Positions 27,677 to 37,977 of a stretch of 64,000 nt of DNA are shown here, piece after piece. How positions within the stretch are numbered: the stretch's first letter is position 1; every line of letters starts with the position of its first letter. The notes beneath the pieces are model-generated. The model saw only the letters and a list, made by a program, of their open reading frames with translations. It searched no databases and was not told where the DNA came from. The DNA comes from Angustibacter luteus. Lineage in GTDB: Bacteria; Actinomycetota; Actinomycetes; Actinomycetales; Angustibacteraceae. The DNA lies in the NCBI RefSeq assembly GCF_039541115.1, contig NZ_BAABFP010000005.1:806001-870000 (forward strand). The letters are read 5' to 3'. The translations under genes and the position numbers were made by a program.

Positions 27677-29095
27677 TCACTTCACAACAGCCGCGATGGC
27701 CAGGCCGACTGCGACCACGCTCACCCAAGAGACCAGCATTGGGATGGTGAAGGAGTGCCAGACCGGTACCTGGCTCAGCTTCGTCGTCCCGGTCTTGTCG
27801 ATGGCCACCGCGGCGATCTGCGAACCGTTGGCGGGGAACAACCAGACGCCGACCAGGGACGGCCACATCGCCGTGATGATCGCCGGTGACATGCCGGCGG
27901 CCAGTGCGATCGGGACGAGCGTGCGGGTGGTGGCGGACTGGCTGGTGGTCAGGCCGCAGACCAGGAACAGCGCGACCGCGAGGAACAGCGGGTGATCCTT
28001 CACCACCGACCCCATCCAGTCGATGATCTGCGGGTTTCCCGCGATGAAGGTGTCGGCCATCCACGCGATGCCGAACAGGGCGATCGCCGCCACGATCCCG
28101 GCCGAGAGGAGCGGCTGCTCGAGTACCTTGGCCGGTGCGATCTTCCCGACCAGCAGGATGATCAACGCGACGGTGAACATCGCGAGCTCGATGACGACCG
28201 TCATGCTCAGCGGCCCGGCGTCCTCGCCCGTTCCCACGGTTGGCCGAAGGTCCTCGAACAGGCCCATGATGACGATGAAGGCGACACCGGCCAGAAAGAT
28301 CAGCGCACTGGTCCGCCCGTGGGCCGCGGCTTCGGCGGTCTCTTCAGCGCTAGGCGGCTCGGCTGTTGCAACCGAACCCACTGACGTGCGCGCCGCGGCC
28401 GCCCGCGCCGCGGACTGGGTCTCGGCGGGCAGCCCCGCCATGACCTCCTCCGGCACCTCGACCTCACCCGCGGCGACCAGCCGAAGGTACTCGGGGTCGT
28501 CCTTGAGCTCGGCGCCGATCCGTTGCTGCACCAGCGAGGTGACGATGCAGGCCACGATGGAGGCGGGGATGGTGATCATCAGGATGTCGGTCAGCGTGAA
28601 GTCGTCCGGCAGGAGCGTCAGGTAGGCCGCCATCGCCGCCGACACCGGGCTGGCGGTGATGCCGAGGGCCGAGGTCACGGTCGAGGATGCCAGCGGGCGC
28701 TCGGGCCGGATGCCGTTGCGGTAGGCCGTTTCGTTGATGACGGGGATGAGCGCGAAGTAGATGTTCGACGTGCCGGCTCCGACAGTGAAGACGAAGGAGA
28801 CCAGCGGCGCGACGAGCGTGATCCGCTTCGGGTTGGCCCGGATGATCCGGGAGGCGATGGACACCAGCCAGTCGATGCCACCGGCTGCCTGCATGGCCGA
28901 CGACGCGGTGATGACCGCGATGATGATGAAGAACGCGTCAACCGGTGGGGTTCCGGGGTCCATCTGGAAACCGAAGACCAGCACGGCCGTGCCGGCGACG
29001 CCCCACAGGCCGAGACCGATGCCCCCCATCCGCACGCCGAGGAAGATCGCGGCGAGGACAACAAGACCTTCGAGAGCAACGACGAAGTTATCCAT
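27677..29095 (-). CDS. DcuA/DcuB-family C4-dicarboxylate transporter
   Basis: GVRMGGIGLG, MQAAGGIDWLV, IRPERPL, GITASPVSAA, SQSAT, DKTGTT...HSF. Confidence 0.85.
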   Translation of the reverse strand: MDNFVVALEGLVVLAAIFLGVRMGGIGLGLWGVAGTAVLVFGFQMDPGTPPVDAFFIIIAVITASSAMQAAGGIDWLVSIASRIIRANPKRITLVAPLVSFVFTVGAGTSNIYFALIPVINETAYRNGIRPERPLASSTVTSALGITASPVSAAMAAYLTLLPDDFTLTDILMITIPASIVACIVTSLVQQRIGAELKDDPEYLRLVAAGEVEVPEEVMAGLPAETQSAARAAAARTSVGSVATAEPPSAEETAEAAAHGRTSALIFLAGVAFIVIMGLFEDLRPTVGTGEDAGPLSMTVVIELAMFTVALIILLVGKIAPAKVLEQPLLSAGIVAAIALFGIAWMADTFIAGNPQIIDWMGSVVKDHPLFLAVALFLVCGLTTSQSATTRTLVPIALAAGMSPAIITAMWPSLVGVWLFPANGSQIAAVAIDKTGTTKLSQVPVWHSFTIPMLVSWVSVVAVGLAIAAVVK

Positions 29096-29276
29096 GCGGT
29101 GCCGTCCCAACGCTTGTCGCAGGAAACCCGCAGCCCCACTGTGATCTCATCCAAAGGTGAAATCAAGAGGCTGGGCCCACCAAGATCAACATCGCGAGAA
29201 CCGTTGACGCGACGCGTAGGCTGACCGCGATTTCCCTGGTTCGTGGCGCGGCTGAGAGAACGGATCGACTGGTGGG

Positions 29277-30779
29277 ATGGCTCAGGTGAGTGGGGCGACG
29301 GCGGGCGCGGGACGCGCCAGCGGGGTTCTCGCCGCGACGTGCCTGTCCACGTTCGTGGTGAACGCCAACACGTCCGCCGTGAGCATCCTGCTGCCCGCCA
29401 TCAGCGAGGACACCGGCATGGACGTCTCGACCCTGCAATGGGCCGTGACGGGGTACTCACTCGTCGGTGCCGCGGTGATCGTGACCTCGGGCTCCCTGGG
29501 CGACGTCTTCGGGCGCAGACGCGTGTTCCAGCTCGGACTGTTGCTGTTCGTGGCGTCCTGCATCCTCATCGCCCTGTCGACCACCGGCGGCGGGGTGATC
29601 GCCGGCCGACTGATCCAGGGCGCGGCGGGCGCCACCATCCTGGCCTGCGGGCTCAGCCTTCTCTCCGTCGCCAACAGCGGACAGGCGCAGCTTCGCGCGG
29701 TCTCTCTCTGGGGCGCCGCCGCCGCTGTGGGCGCCGCGGCTGGCCCCCTGCTCGGCGGCCTCCTGGTGGACCTGACCGGCTGGCAGGGGCTGTTCTGGGT
29801 TGACGCCGGGATCGCGATCGCCTGCATCGTCCTGACGGCGGTAACCGTCTCGGAGTCGCGGGACCCGCAGCGGTCTCGCTCGATCGACTACGCGGGCACC
29901 GTTCTCGTCGCGCTGACGTTGGCACCACTCATCCTCGCGCTGAGCAAGGGCAGCGACTGGGGCTGGTTCTCGGCAGCCACGCTGGGATGCCTGGCCGTCT
30001 CCATCGCGTCGGGGTTCGCGTTCGTCGCCGTGGAGAAGCGCGTGTCCGTCCCGCTGCTCGACCTTGCGCTGCTGCGCAACCGGATCCTGGTCGGCTCGAC
30101 CATCGCCATCCTCATCGGCGCCGGCACGATCAACGCGCTGATGTACCTGCTCAGCCTGTACTTCCAGGACCCCTCCACCTTGGACTTCAGCCCGCTCGAG
30201 GCGGGTCTGGGCACCCTGCCAGCCACCGTCGGCCTCGTCGTGGTGGCACCACTGATCCCCCGCCTCGCTGCGAAGCTCGGCGGCCGTCAGGTCATCGGCG
30301 TGGGCTTCCTGGTCACCACGGTCGGGTTCGCCGCGCTTGGCCTGGTGGACTCGTCATGGAAGTACGCCGCGTTCTTGCTGCCGCTGGTCGCGGTCGCGGT
30401 GGGGATGGGCTTGTCCAACGGGCCGGCGTCGTCCGCGTCCACCGCCTGCGTCCCCGCGAACCAGGTCGGGTCCGCTTCGGGGGTATCGAACATGGCCCGT
30501 TACGTCGGCGCTGCTGTGGCAACCGCGTTGGCGGCCAGCATCTTCAGCTCGGTCATCGCCGACCGCACGGCCGAAGGCAACCCACCCGCCGACGCTCTCG
30601 CCTCGGGACTGGCGACCGCGTCCTGGGTGATGGCCGCCTTCAGCTTCGTCGGTGTGCTGATGGCCGTCGTCATCGGACGCCACCGCGCCGCGCGCGGCAG
30701 CCTGGGCGACTCCGCGGCCGCGGCGGCAGCGCACACGCACACGCTGCCGACCACGGCGACGGCCTCACCCACCGAGTAG
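29277..30779 (+). CDS. DHA2-type MFS transporter
   Basis: GSLGDVFGRRR, GRLIQGAAG, GPLLGG, about 14 TMs. Confidence 0.88.
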   Translation: MAQVSGATAGAGRASGVLAATCLSTFVVNANTSAVSILLPAISEDTGMDVSTLQWAVTGYSLVGAAVIVTSGSLGDVFGRRRVFQLGLLLFVASCILIALSTTGGGVIAGRLIQGAAGATILACGLSLLSVANSGQAQLRAVSLWGAAAAVGAAAGPLLGGLLVDLTGWQGLFWVDAGIAIACIVLTAVTVSESRDPQRSRSIDYAGTVLVALTLAPLILALSKGSDWGWFSAATLGCLAVSIASGFAFVAVEKRVSVPLLDLALLRNRILVGSTIAILIGAGTINALMYLLSLYFQDPSTLDFSPLEAGLGTLPATVGLVVVAPLIPRLAAKLGGRQVIGVGFLVTTVGFAALGLVDSSWKYAAFLLPLVAVAVGMGLSNGPASSASTACVPANQVGSASGVSNMARYVGAAVATALAASIFSSVIADRTAEGNPPADALASGLATASWVMAAFSFVGVLMAVVIGRHRAARGSLGDSAAAAAAHTHTLPTTATASPTE

Positions 30780-30815
30780 AGGGCACGGCACCCGACCTAC
30801 GTCGAGCGCCTGAGG

Positions 30816-31217
30816 TCAGGCGAGCGCCTTGGCCTTCAAGGCGTCGAACTCGGCCTGCGTGATGGTCCCGGCGTCGAGCAGCGCCTTGGCGCTGGCGATC
30901 TGCTCGGTCGGTCCCTGGGACGAGCTCGCCACGTGCTTGATGTACTTCTCCTGCTCCGACCGCTGCTGCGCGGCGGCCGCCGCCTGCCGCTCACTCATGC
31001 TCCTGCCGCGGGCGATCAGGTAGATCAGTGCGCCGAACCACGGCACGAAGACGAGCAGGATGACCCAGCCCGCCTTGCCCCAGCCGCTGAGGGACTGGTC
31101 GCCGAACAGGTCCCACAGGCAGCGGAACCACACCATCAGCGCCGCGATCCAGATGAAGAACCAGAAGCTCCACAGCAGGACCTCGCCGAAACTCGTCGTC
31201 ATTGCGTCCATGGTCAT
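30816..31217 (-). CDS. PLDc_N + SHOCT domain membrane protein
   Basis: DLFGDQSLSGWGKAGW...GALIYLIARG; AKALLDAGTITQAEFDALKAKAL. Confidence 0.85.
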   Translation of the reverse strand: MTMDAMTTSFGEVLLWSFWFFIWIAALMVWFRCLWDLFGDQSLSGWGKAGWVILLVFVPWFGALIYLIARGRSMSERQAAAAAQQRSEQEKYIKHVASSSQGPTEQIASAKALLDAGTITQAEFDALKAKALA

Positions 31218-31350
31218 TCCTCTTTGAGTTGGACCAGGCGGCGTCCAATGAGCGTCGCCTGCACAGCGTCCCAGCACAGCCCGGCCAGATCACGCAAGAC
31301 GTGGTGGCGTGTCGAGACCTACCTGCGGGGGGGGCTCTACAGTGCCGGGC

Positions 31351-32526
31351 ATGACCGAGAGCGGAACGGGCTGGCGGGTAGTTGACGGTGTGACCACGAC
31401 GTGGTTCGACGCGTCCTCGCTGAGCGAAGGCGCCGCCTTGGCCGGGCGCGTCGTGGAGCTGTCGGCCGACATCGTGGTCGACCTGCGGGCGACCGGCGTC
31501 CGGGTGCGCCTCGACTCGGACGAGTACGCCGATGCAGTCTCGGCAGCCGCGCGGGTTCTCGGGCTGCCCCCCAACCCGGCCGTGCTGCAGTCCCTCAGCG
31601 TCGTGGTCGAATCCGCCAACCCGCTTGGGGTGCGGCAGTTCTGGCAGGGCGTGCTCGACTACGCGCCCGGGGAGGACGGCGGGTTGACGGACCGGTTGCG
31701 TCGCGACCCCGCGATTCGTGTCCGGCAGTCGACCGAGCCCCGGCCGTTGCGAAACCGCCTCCACCTCGACGTCGTGCGACCGGCTGCGGCGGTCGAGCAG
31801 GCGAGTCCGGGTGAGGCATCAGGACCGTACGGGGTCTGTCACAGCGACCCCGACGGCAACGAGGTCGACCTGGTCCCCGGCGCGGCACTCGGCGAGAGTG
31901 TCGGGACCGCCGACTGGCAGGCGGTGTTCAGCGCGATGGCGTGCTACCGCATCACCTCGCCCACGCAGCAGCGTGAGCTGGCCGCCGCGGCAGCGGCACT
32001 GGCAGATGACGCTGGCTTCCCGCTGCTGGTCGACCTGCGGCCCGGGCTCGTGATCTTCGACAGCGGCAAGGACCAGGCGGACGACGACGCGCATGGCCTC
32101 GAGCTCGACTTCACCGACCTCGCGGGACGTCTCCAAGCCGCTGCCCGCGAGCTCGGAGCCACCGCCGATCCGGGGCTGCCGCGCTTCGCTCAGCTCTTCT
32201 TCGACGCTGCCGACGTCGACGCGGTGCGCGCGTTCTGGATCGCCGCACTCGGATACGCCCAGGATCGGCGAGCCGGGGTCAGCGACATCTACGACCCGCG
32301 GCGGTTGAACCCGGTGCTGGTGTTCCAGGAGATCGACGCGTCCGAGACCGAGCGGCGTCGGCAGCGCAACCGCATCCACGCCGAGCTCGCGGTGCCGTCG
32401 GACGTGGCGCAGGCGCGCCTCGCCACGGCGGTCGCAGCCGGTGGCCGGCTCCTTGACGAGTCGGCGGGTCGCTGGCGGATCGCCGATCCTGAAGGAAACG
32501 AGCTGGTGGTCGTCAGCGGGGCCTGA
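31351..32526 (+). CDS. Duplicated pterin-dehydratase-like/VOC (glyoxalase) protein
   Basis: Two repeats with FW...LxY, RNRLHLD/RNRIHAE and DPDGNE/DPEGNE; TACAGT -10 7 nt upstream. Confidence 0.8.
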   Translation: MTESGTGWRVVDGVTTTWFDASSLSEGAALAGRVVELSADIVVDLRATGVRVRLDSDEYADAVSAAARVLGLPPNPAVLQSLSVVVESANPLGVRQFWQGVLDYAPGEDGGLTDRLRRDPAIRVRQSTEPRPLRNRLHLDVVRPAAAVEQASPGEASGPYGVCHSDPDGNEVDLVPGAALGESVGTADWQAVFSAMACYRITSPTQQRELAAAAAALADDAGFPLLVDLRPGLVIFDSGKDQADDDAHGLELDFTDLAGRLQAAARELGATADPGLPRFAQLFFDAADVDAVRAFWIAALGYAQDRRAGVSDIYDPRRLNPVLVFQEIDASETERRRQRNRIHAELAVPSDVAQARLATAVAAGGRLLDESAGRWRIADPEGNELVVVSGA

Positions 32527-32590
32527 CCTCGCGCTGCCGTCGGCCCGCGCGGTGTCCGCGGGGTGCAGGCTCTCACCTGACTCGAGCGCC

Positions 32591-33115
32591 TCAGAACCTG
32601 AAGCGGGTCAGACCTCCTGGCTCCGTTGCCAGCACGACCGTCGCAGAGCGTGGCTCGATGCGATACACGTTCCACGGCGGTGGTCCCTGGGAGGGTGCAT
32701 TGAAAGGGGCGGTGATGCCGGTCTCGCTCTTGTCCAGCTCCGCCGGCCAGCCATCGTCCGCCCACGCCTGCGCGATGCGCGCCAGCACGCCCGGTTCCGT
32801 CACCTGGGCGGCGTCACCTTCGACCACGACGTCTCCCTCGGGGATCGACAAGGCGATCGAGCATCGCGGATCGCGCGTGACGTTGCGGCCCTTGCGCGTG
32901 CCCGAACCCGTCTGGAACCAGAATGCGTCGTCCAGCCACATGGCCCCGACCGCAGTCACGTGCGGGCTGCCGTCCTCGTTGAGCGTGCTCAGCCAGGTCG
33001 TTCGCGCGTTGTGCGCGTCTCGAGCCGGCGCCGCCCGCGCGGTGAGCTTGTCGGCAACCGCACCCCAGCTGACCGGCGGCAACCCCTCGGCCTCGCCCAG
33101 GTTGATGATCTCCAC
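32591..33115 (-). CDS. Pyridoxamine 5'-phosphate oxidase-like (flavin/F420-binding) protein
   Basis: TWLSTLNEDGSPHVT, RKGRNVTRDPRC, VVVEGDA. Confidence 0.85.
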   Translation of the reverse strand: MEIINLGEAEGLPPVSWGAVADKLTARAAPARDAHNARTTWLSTLNEDGSPHVTAVGAMWLDDAFWFQTGSGTRKGRNVTRDPRCSIALSIPEGDVVVEGDAAQVTEPGVLARIAQAWADDGWPAELDKSETGITAPFNAPSQGPPPWNVYRIEPRSATVVLATEPGGLTRFRF

Positions 33116-33446
33116 AGCCGTCCCTCCATTCTCCGCGGACACCGTTACACGATGGTTCGACAGAGGTCAGACCCGCCGGGACCGGCGAAGTCATCGCCCA
33201 TGACCGCCTCGCTCCTGTGCATCAGAACGCGCGCCGTTCCGTGTCGGCGCTGGCGGACCGTTCTGTTTGGTGACCCTGTCGGTGCAGTCGCCCGGGGGCC
33301 CCATGACCCTGTTCAAGCCCGGACAAGCGCAGAGGAGCTGCCCGGCGGGACCAGGCTCCACGCCGCCCCGGCGCTGATACGTGGGGCGCGTTGACCGATG
33401 ATGTCCTGGCCGATCCTTCTGACCGACGACGACGTAGGTGCCTGCA

Positions 33447-33893
33447 ATGAGCGCGACCCGCCCCGCTCCCCGTCCCTGCACGCCGAGCGACCACGAGTGG
33501 CTCTTCCAGCTGCACGACGCGGCCCATCGCGATCTCGTGGAGCGCGCGTACGGTCCATGGGAGGACGGACAGCAGCGCGCCTTCTTCACGCCGCTGCTCG
33601 ATGAGTTCGACGTCTTCCTGTTTGAGCACGAGGGCGTACCGGTCGCCTCGGTGTACTTGGGCGACCGCGACGGTGACGTGTGGATTGAGCTGGTCGAGGT
33701 CGACCCGAGGCATCAGGGCCGTGGGATCGGCACCGCCGTCCTCTCGTGGACCGTTGAGCGCGCTCACACCCAGGGCAAGGGCGTCCTCATGCAGGTCCAC
33801 CGGGTCAATGCGGACGCCCGGCGGCTGTACCTGCGCGAGGGGTTCGAGCAGGTCGACCAGAACGACACCCACGACTTTCTGCGCCACCCGTGA
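33447..33893 (+). CDS. GNAT acetyltransferase
   Basis: VDPRHQGRGIGT, NADARRLYLREGF. Confidence 0.85.
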   Translation: MSATRPAPRPCTPSDHEWLFQLHDAAHRDLVERAYGPWEDGQQRAFFTPLLDEFDVFLFEHEGVPVASVYLGDRDGDVWIELVEVDPRHQGRGIGTAVLSWTVERAHTQGKGVLMQVHRVNADARRLYLREGFEQVDQNDTHDFLRHP

Positions 33894-33908
33894 CTGGGTA
33901 GGACCGGC

Positions 33909-34598
33909 ATGCTCACAGAGCACCACCACTCAGCGACAGCGTGGCTGTTCGATTTCGACGGAACGTTGACTGACTACGACACCGCTGACCGGGCCGCTGT
34001 CGAGACACTTCGGCTCCGCTACTTCGCCGACGTACCTGCCGACGAGTTCCATGCTGCATCGGTGACGGCACGAACCGCGTTCTATCGGACGTGGGCAGCT
34101 GGCGACGTCAGTCGAGGTCTCGATCAGTCCCGTGTCGCCGCTCTGTGCAACCGCTACGACCGGGCCAATCGCACCGATCAGGCGGTCGACACCTACCGCG
34201 CTGCGCTGCTGGCTGAGACACGACCAGTGCGGGGTGCTGAGGCCCTGTTCGCGCATTTGGCCTTGTCCTACCGGCTGGGCATCGTGACGAATGCCTACGA
34301 CGCCGCTGCGCAGCGTGCCCGCATCGTGGCGACGGGACTCGACCGGTGGGTCGAGGTTGTGGTGGTGGCGGTTGAGGTCGGCTACTTCAAACCGGATCCC
34401 CGCATCATGGTTGCCGCCGCCGAGGGGTTCGGTGTCAGCCCTGCCGAGTGCGTCTACGTCGGGGATTCGCACGAGTTCGATGTCGCCGCTGCAGACGCGG
34501 CGGGGATGCATCCCATCTACATCGGGTCTGAGAACGGCCCGCTCGATGCGCCGTGCTTTGCCGACGTGCAGGAGCTGCACCAGTGCCTTGGGACATGA
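33909..34598 (+). CDS. HAD family hydrolase
   Basis: FDFDGTL, IVTN, KPDPRI, YVGDSHEFDVAAA. Confidence 0.88.
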   Translation: MLTEHHHSATAWLFDFDGTLTDYDTADRAAVETLRLRYFADVPADEFHAASVTARTAFYRTWAAGDVSRGLDQSRVAALCNRYDRANRTDQAVDTYRAALLAETRPVRGAEALFAHLALSYRLGIVTNAYDAAAQRARIVATGLDRWVEVVVVAVEVGYFKPDPRIMVAAAEGFGVSPAECVYVGDSHEFDVAAADAAGMHPIYIGSENGPLDAPCFADVQELHQCLGT

Positions 34599-34714
34599 GC
34601 GCGGCCAGTCACATTCCGAGCGAACGGTCCTGCTCCAAGGATCATTGACCACCCCCTGGCGGATGCCCCGCGCACTGCCACAATCGAGTTGGGCCCCGAC
34701 CCACAGTCGAGAGG

Positions 34715-35593
34715 ATGACCATGCTCAAGCTGAACAACGGCGTCGAGATGCCGCCGATCGGCCTCGGCGTCTTCCAGACCCCACCGGAGGAGACGCGAGC
34801 CGCCGTGGAGGCGGCGCTCCAGACGGGCTATCGCCACATCGACACGGCAGCGGCATACGGCAACGAGCGTCAGGTCGGCGAAGCCATCCACAAGTCCGGC
34901 GTTGCTCGCGACGAGGTCTTCATCGAGACCAAGATCTGGATCAGCGACTACGGCTACGGGCAGACCCTCCACGGCTTCGACAAGAGCGCCGCCAAGCTCG
35001 GCGTCGACCAGATCGACCTGCTGATCCTGCACCAAGCACTGCCCTCCGACTTCGACAAGACCCTCGAGGCGTACCGGGCGCTGGAGACACTGCTCGCAGA
35101 CGGCAAGGTCCGCGCGATCGGGGTCAGCAACTTCATGGCCGACCACCTCACCGCCCTGCTCGAGAAGGCGAAGGTCGTCCCAGCGGTGAACCAGCTCGAG
35201 GTCCACCCCTACTTCCAGCAGCGCGAGGTCCAGGCGTTCGGCGCCGAGCACGGCATCCTCACCCAGGCGTGGTCGCCCATCGGTGGCATCACCTTCTACC
35301 GCGACGGCAGCCACGGCAGCACCCTGGAGAACCCCCGCATCGGTGAGATCGCCGCGACGCACGGCAAGACGCCCGCCCAGGTGATGCTCCGCTGGCACCT
35401 CCAGCAAGGTCGCTCGGTCATCCCCAAGTCCACCAAGCTCCACCGCATCGCCGAGAACTTCGACGTCTTCGACTTCGACCTCACGGCCGACGAGCTTGGC
35501 GCCATCGACGCCCTCGACACCGACCGGCGCGGCGGCCCCGAGCCATCCGACATCACGCTGGAGAACTTCGGCCGACCCATCCCAGAAGCGTGA
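34715..35593 (+). CDS. Aldo/keto reductase (2,5-DKG reductase-like)
   Basis: GYRHIDTAAAYGNE, IGVSNF, NQLEVHPY, IPKS. Confidence 0.93.
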   Translation: MTMLKLNNGVEMPPIGLGVFQTPPEETRAAVEAALQTGYRHIDTAAAYGNERQVGEAIHKSGVARDEVFIETKIWISDYGYGQTLHGFDKSAAKLGVDQIDLLILHQALPSDFDKTLEAYRALETLLADGKVRAIGVSNFMADHLTALLEKAKVVPAVNQLEVHPYFQQREVQAFGAEHGILTQAWSPIGGITFYRDGSHGSTLENPRIGEIAATHGKTPAQVMLRWHLQQGRSVIPKSTKLHRIAENFDVFDFDLTADELGAIDALDTDRRGGPEPSDITLENFGRPIPEA

Positions 35594-35821
35594 GCAGCAG
35601 CTCCACGCAGCCGGCGCCCCTCGCGACGACACCGGGCCGAATCGCCTGACGTACCTGCGAGGCGAGTCAGCGCCCGGTCGCGGCGGTATGACGCAGCTGT
35701 CGAACGCCGGCTTGTACTGAACTTCGTGTCGATCGGCGGACCCGACGTTCGTCCGTGGCCTGTTTCGAGGGCCACGACTCCGACTACGTCGAGGGCACTG
35801 CCTCCCCCTGAGCCAAGCGCG

Positions 35822-35879
35822 TCGAGTGACGCGGAACCGTCGTCCCACAGGTGGCAGACGACGTTTCCGCGTCACTCGA
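35822..35879. repeat. 23-bp inverted repeat (1 mismatch, 12-nt loop); terminator or REP-like hairpin
   Basis: TCGAGTGACGCGGAACCGTCGTC / GACGACGTTTCCGCGTCACTCGA, 11 nt after the ABC permease stop. Confidence 0.8.
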
Positions 35880-35890
35880 TGGTCGGGCGG

Positions 35891-36700
35891 CTACTTGACC
35901 TCGGACCGCCGGACGAGGAACAGGCCGACGGTGAGTGGGAGGACGATCCAGAGCAGGCCCGACACGCCTACGTTGGCCCACTGCTCGCCGGTCAGGTTGC
36001 CATCGAACAGGAATCCCTGGGCGTAGTTGAAGTCCACCCACGGCTGGATGTCGGCGAACCACTGCTGGCTCGTCGCCAGCAGGCCGGTCAGCCCGGCCAG
36101 CACGAAGCCGTAGACGAAGTAGGCCACGACTGCGCCGGCCGAGTTCCGGATGAGCAACCCGAGCATGAAGCCGATCAGCAGCCCGAGCACATTCGCGAGA
36201 ATGATCGACAAGGCCTGGTTCAAGGAGATGTCCCAGACCGTGTCCACCCCGGCGATCGCGGAGCCGACGATATTGCCGATGGCCCCGATGCCGAGCGCGA
36301 CCACGATGGACGCCGCACCCAGGACGATCGAGTTGATCATCTTGGCCATGATCACACGGGACCGGTTCGGGACGAGCGTGAACGTCGTCAGACCGCTGCG
36401 CTGGCTCCACTCGCTGGTCACCGAGAGGATCGCGATGATCGGCAGGATCACCACCATCGGGAAGCCGATCGCCGCTCCGAACGAGTCGTAGGTCAGCTCG
36501 TTTGTCGGCGCGAACACGATGACCGCGCCGGTGGCCAGGACGGCGCTGATCCCGATGCTGGCGACCAGCCAGAACCCTGATCGGGTGTCGAACATCTTGG
36601 TGAGCTCGACCCAGAGCACCCGGGTGAACGGGATCTTGGCCGGGACCGGCCGGGTCGGGCGGACCCGGCCCACGGTGGGTGCTGCGGTCAAGGTGGTCAT
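35891..36700 (-). CDS. ABC transporter permease
   Basis: ELTKMFDTRSGFWL, SVTSEWSQRSGLTTFTLVPNR, 6 TMs. Confidence 0.88.
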   Translation of the reverse strand: MTTLTAAPTVGRVRPTRPVPAKIPFTRVLWVELTKMFDTRSGFWLVASIGISAVLATGAVIVFAPTNELTYDSFGAAIGFPMVVILPIIAILSVTSEWSQRSGLTTFTLVPNRSRVIMAKMINSIVLGAASIVVALGIGAIGNIVGSAIAGVDTVWDISLNQALSIILANVLGLLIGFMLGLLIRNSAGAVVAYFVYGFVLAGLTGLLATSQQWFADIQPWVDFNYAQGFLFDGNLTGEQWANVGVSGLLWIVLPLTVGLFLVRRSEVK

Positions 36701-37596
36701 GCTGCTGCTCCTTCTCGGGATGTGTCTGCGGTGAGCTCGAGGAACATCTCCTCGAGCCCGGCGCCGTCGGCGGTCCGCAGCTCGCGCAGGGGTACGCCGG
36801 CAGCGTGGGCGGCCTTGCCGACCTCGTCGGGGTCGGCGTCGGCGCGGAAGCCGTCGTCGCCCATCGGGACGACCTTGATCCCGGACGCGGCCAGGGCGCT
36901 GCCGAGATCGGCGACCGCCCCGGCTCGGACGATCGTGCCGGCGGAGGCGAGCAGCTCGTCCTTGGTGCCCTGCGCCACGATCCTGCCGTTGCCGATGACC
37001 ACCAGGTCGTCGGCGATGACCTCGATCTCGTGCAGCAGGTGCGAGGAGAGCAGCACGGTGCCGCCACGGTTCGCGAACCCACGCAGCAGCTCACGCATCC
37101 AGCGGATGCCCGCCGGGTCCAGCCCGTTGGCGGGCTCGTCGAGGATCAACACCTCAGGGTCGCCGATCAGTGCGGTCGCGATCCCGAGTCGCTGGCGCAT
37201 CCCGAGCGAGTAGTGACGAACCCGGCGGCCCGCCTCGGTCTCGGTCAGGCTGACGGTGTCGAGCATCTCGTCCACTCGCGACAGTGGAAGGCCCATCGTG
37301 CGAGCCGCGATGCGCAGTGTCTCCCGGCCAGTACGGCCGGCGTGCTGTGCCGACGCGTCGAGGAGGACACCGACCTCGAGGCCCGGGTTCGGCAGGTCGG
37401 CGTACCGCCGGCCCAGCACCGTGGCCTGCCCGGCGCTGGGCGGCGTGAGCCCGACCATCACCCGCATGGTGGTCGACTTGCCGGCGCCGTTGGGGCCGAG
37501 GAAGCCGGTGACCCGGCCCGGTCGGGCCGAGAAGGTGACGTCGTCGACGGCCCGCAGACCTCCGTACAACCTGGACAGCTCAGTCACTTTGATCAT
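36697..37596 (-). CDS. ABC transporter ATP-binding protein
   Basis: GPNGAGKST, YSLGMRQR, LDEPANGLD, SSHLL; ATG at 37596. Confidence 0.93.
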   Translation of the reverse strand: MIKVTELSRLYGGLRAVDDVTFSARPGRVTGFLGPNGAGKSTTMRVMVGLTPPSAGQATVLGRRYADLPNPGLEVGVLLDASAQHAGRTGRETLRIAARTMGLPLSRVDEMLDTVSLTETEAGRRVRHYSLGMRQRLGIATALIGDPEVLILDEPANGLDPAGIRWMRELLRGFANRGGTVLLSSHLLHEIEVIADDLVVIGNGRIVAQGTKDELLASAGTIVRAGAVADLGSALAASGIKVVPMGDDGFRADADPDEVGKAAHAAGVPLRELRTADGAGLEEMFLELTADTSREGAAA

Positions 37597-37977
37597 GCGT
37601 CCAGCGTCGCCGACCGACCGGTCGCGCGCATCGGGGCTGAGACCCCACCCGCCCCTGACCGGACCCTGACGCGTGTTCGGGGTCACCCCTGACTCCTGTC
37701 CGCCCAGGAGCGACAGGTCGTGGTGACCTGTCGGCAGATGCATCTGAGGCCCTGGCGGACCCGGCCTCGTCCATGCAGCGCTTCGCGGCGGAGTGACGCA
37801 GGCCCGGATCCCGGCAGATCTTGTTGATCGCGGCCGGTCGTGCGTCCCGGTTGCCCTGTCAGCCTTGGCGTCTGCCGAGTGGCCATCGTTGACAGCGATG
37901 CCCGTTCGATTGATCGCGTGAAGGATGAGGGAACGTAGGCCTCGCGCGGGCACGCCCCCACGGGGGATCCTGGGGCC

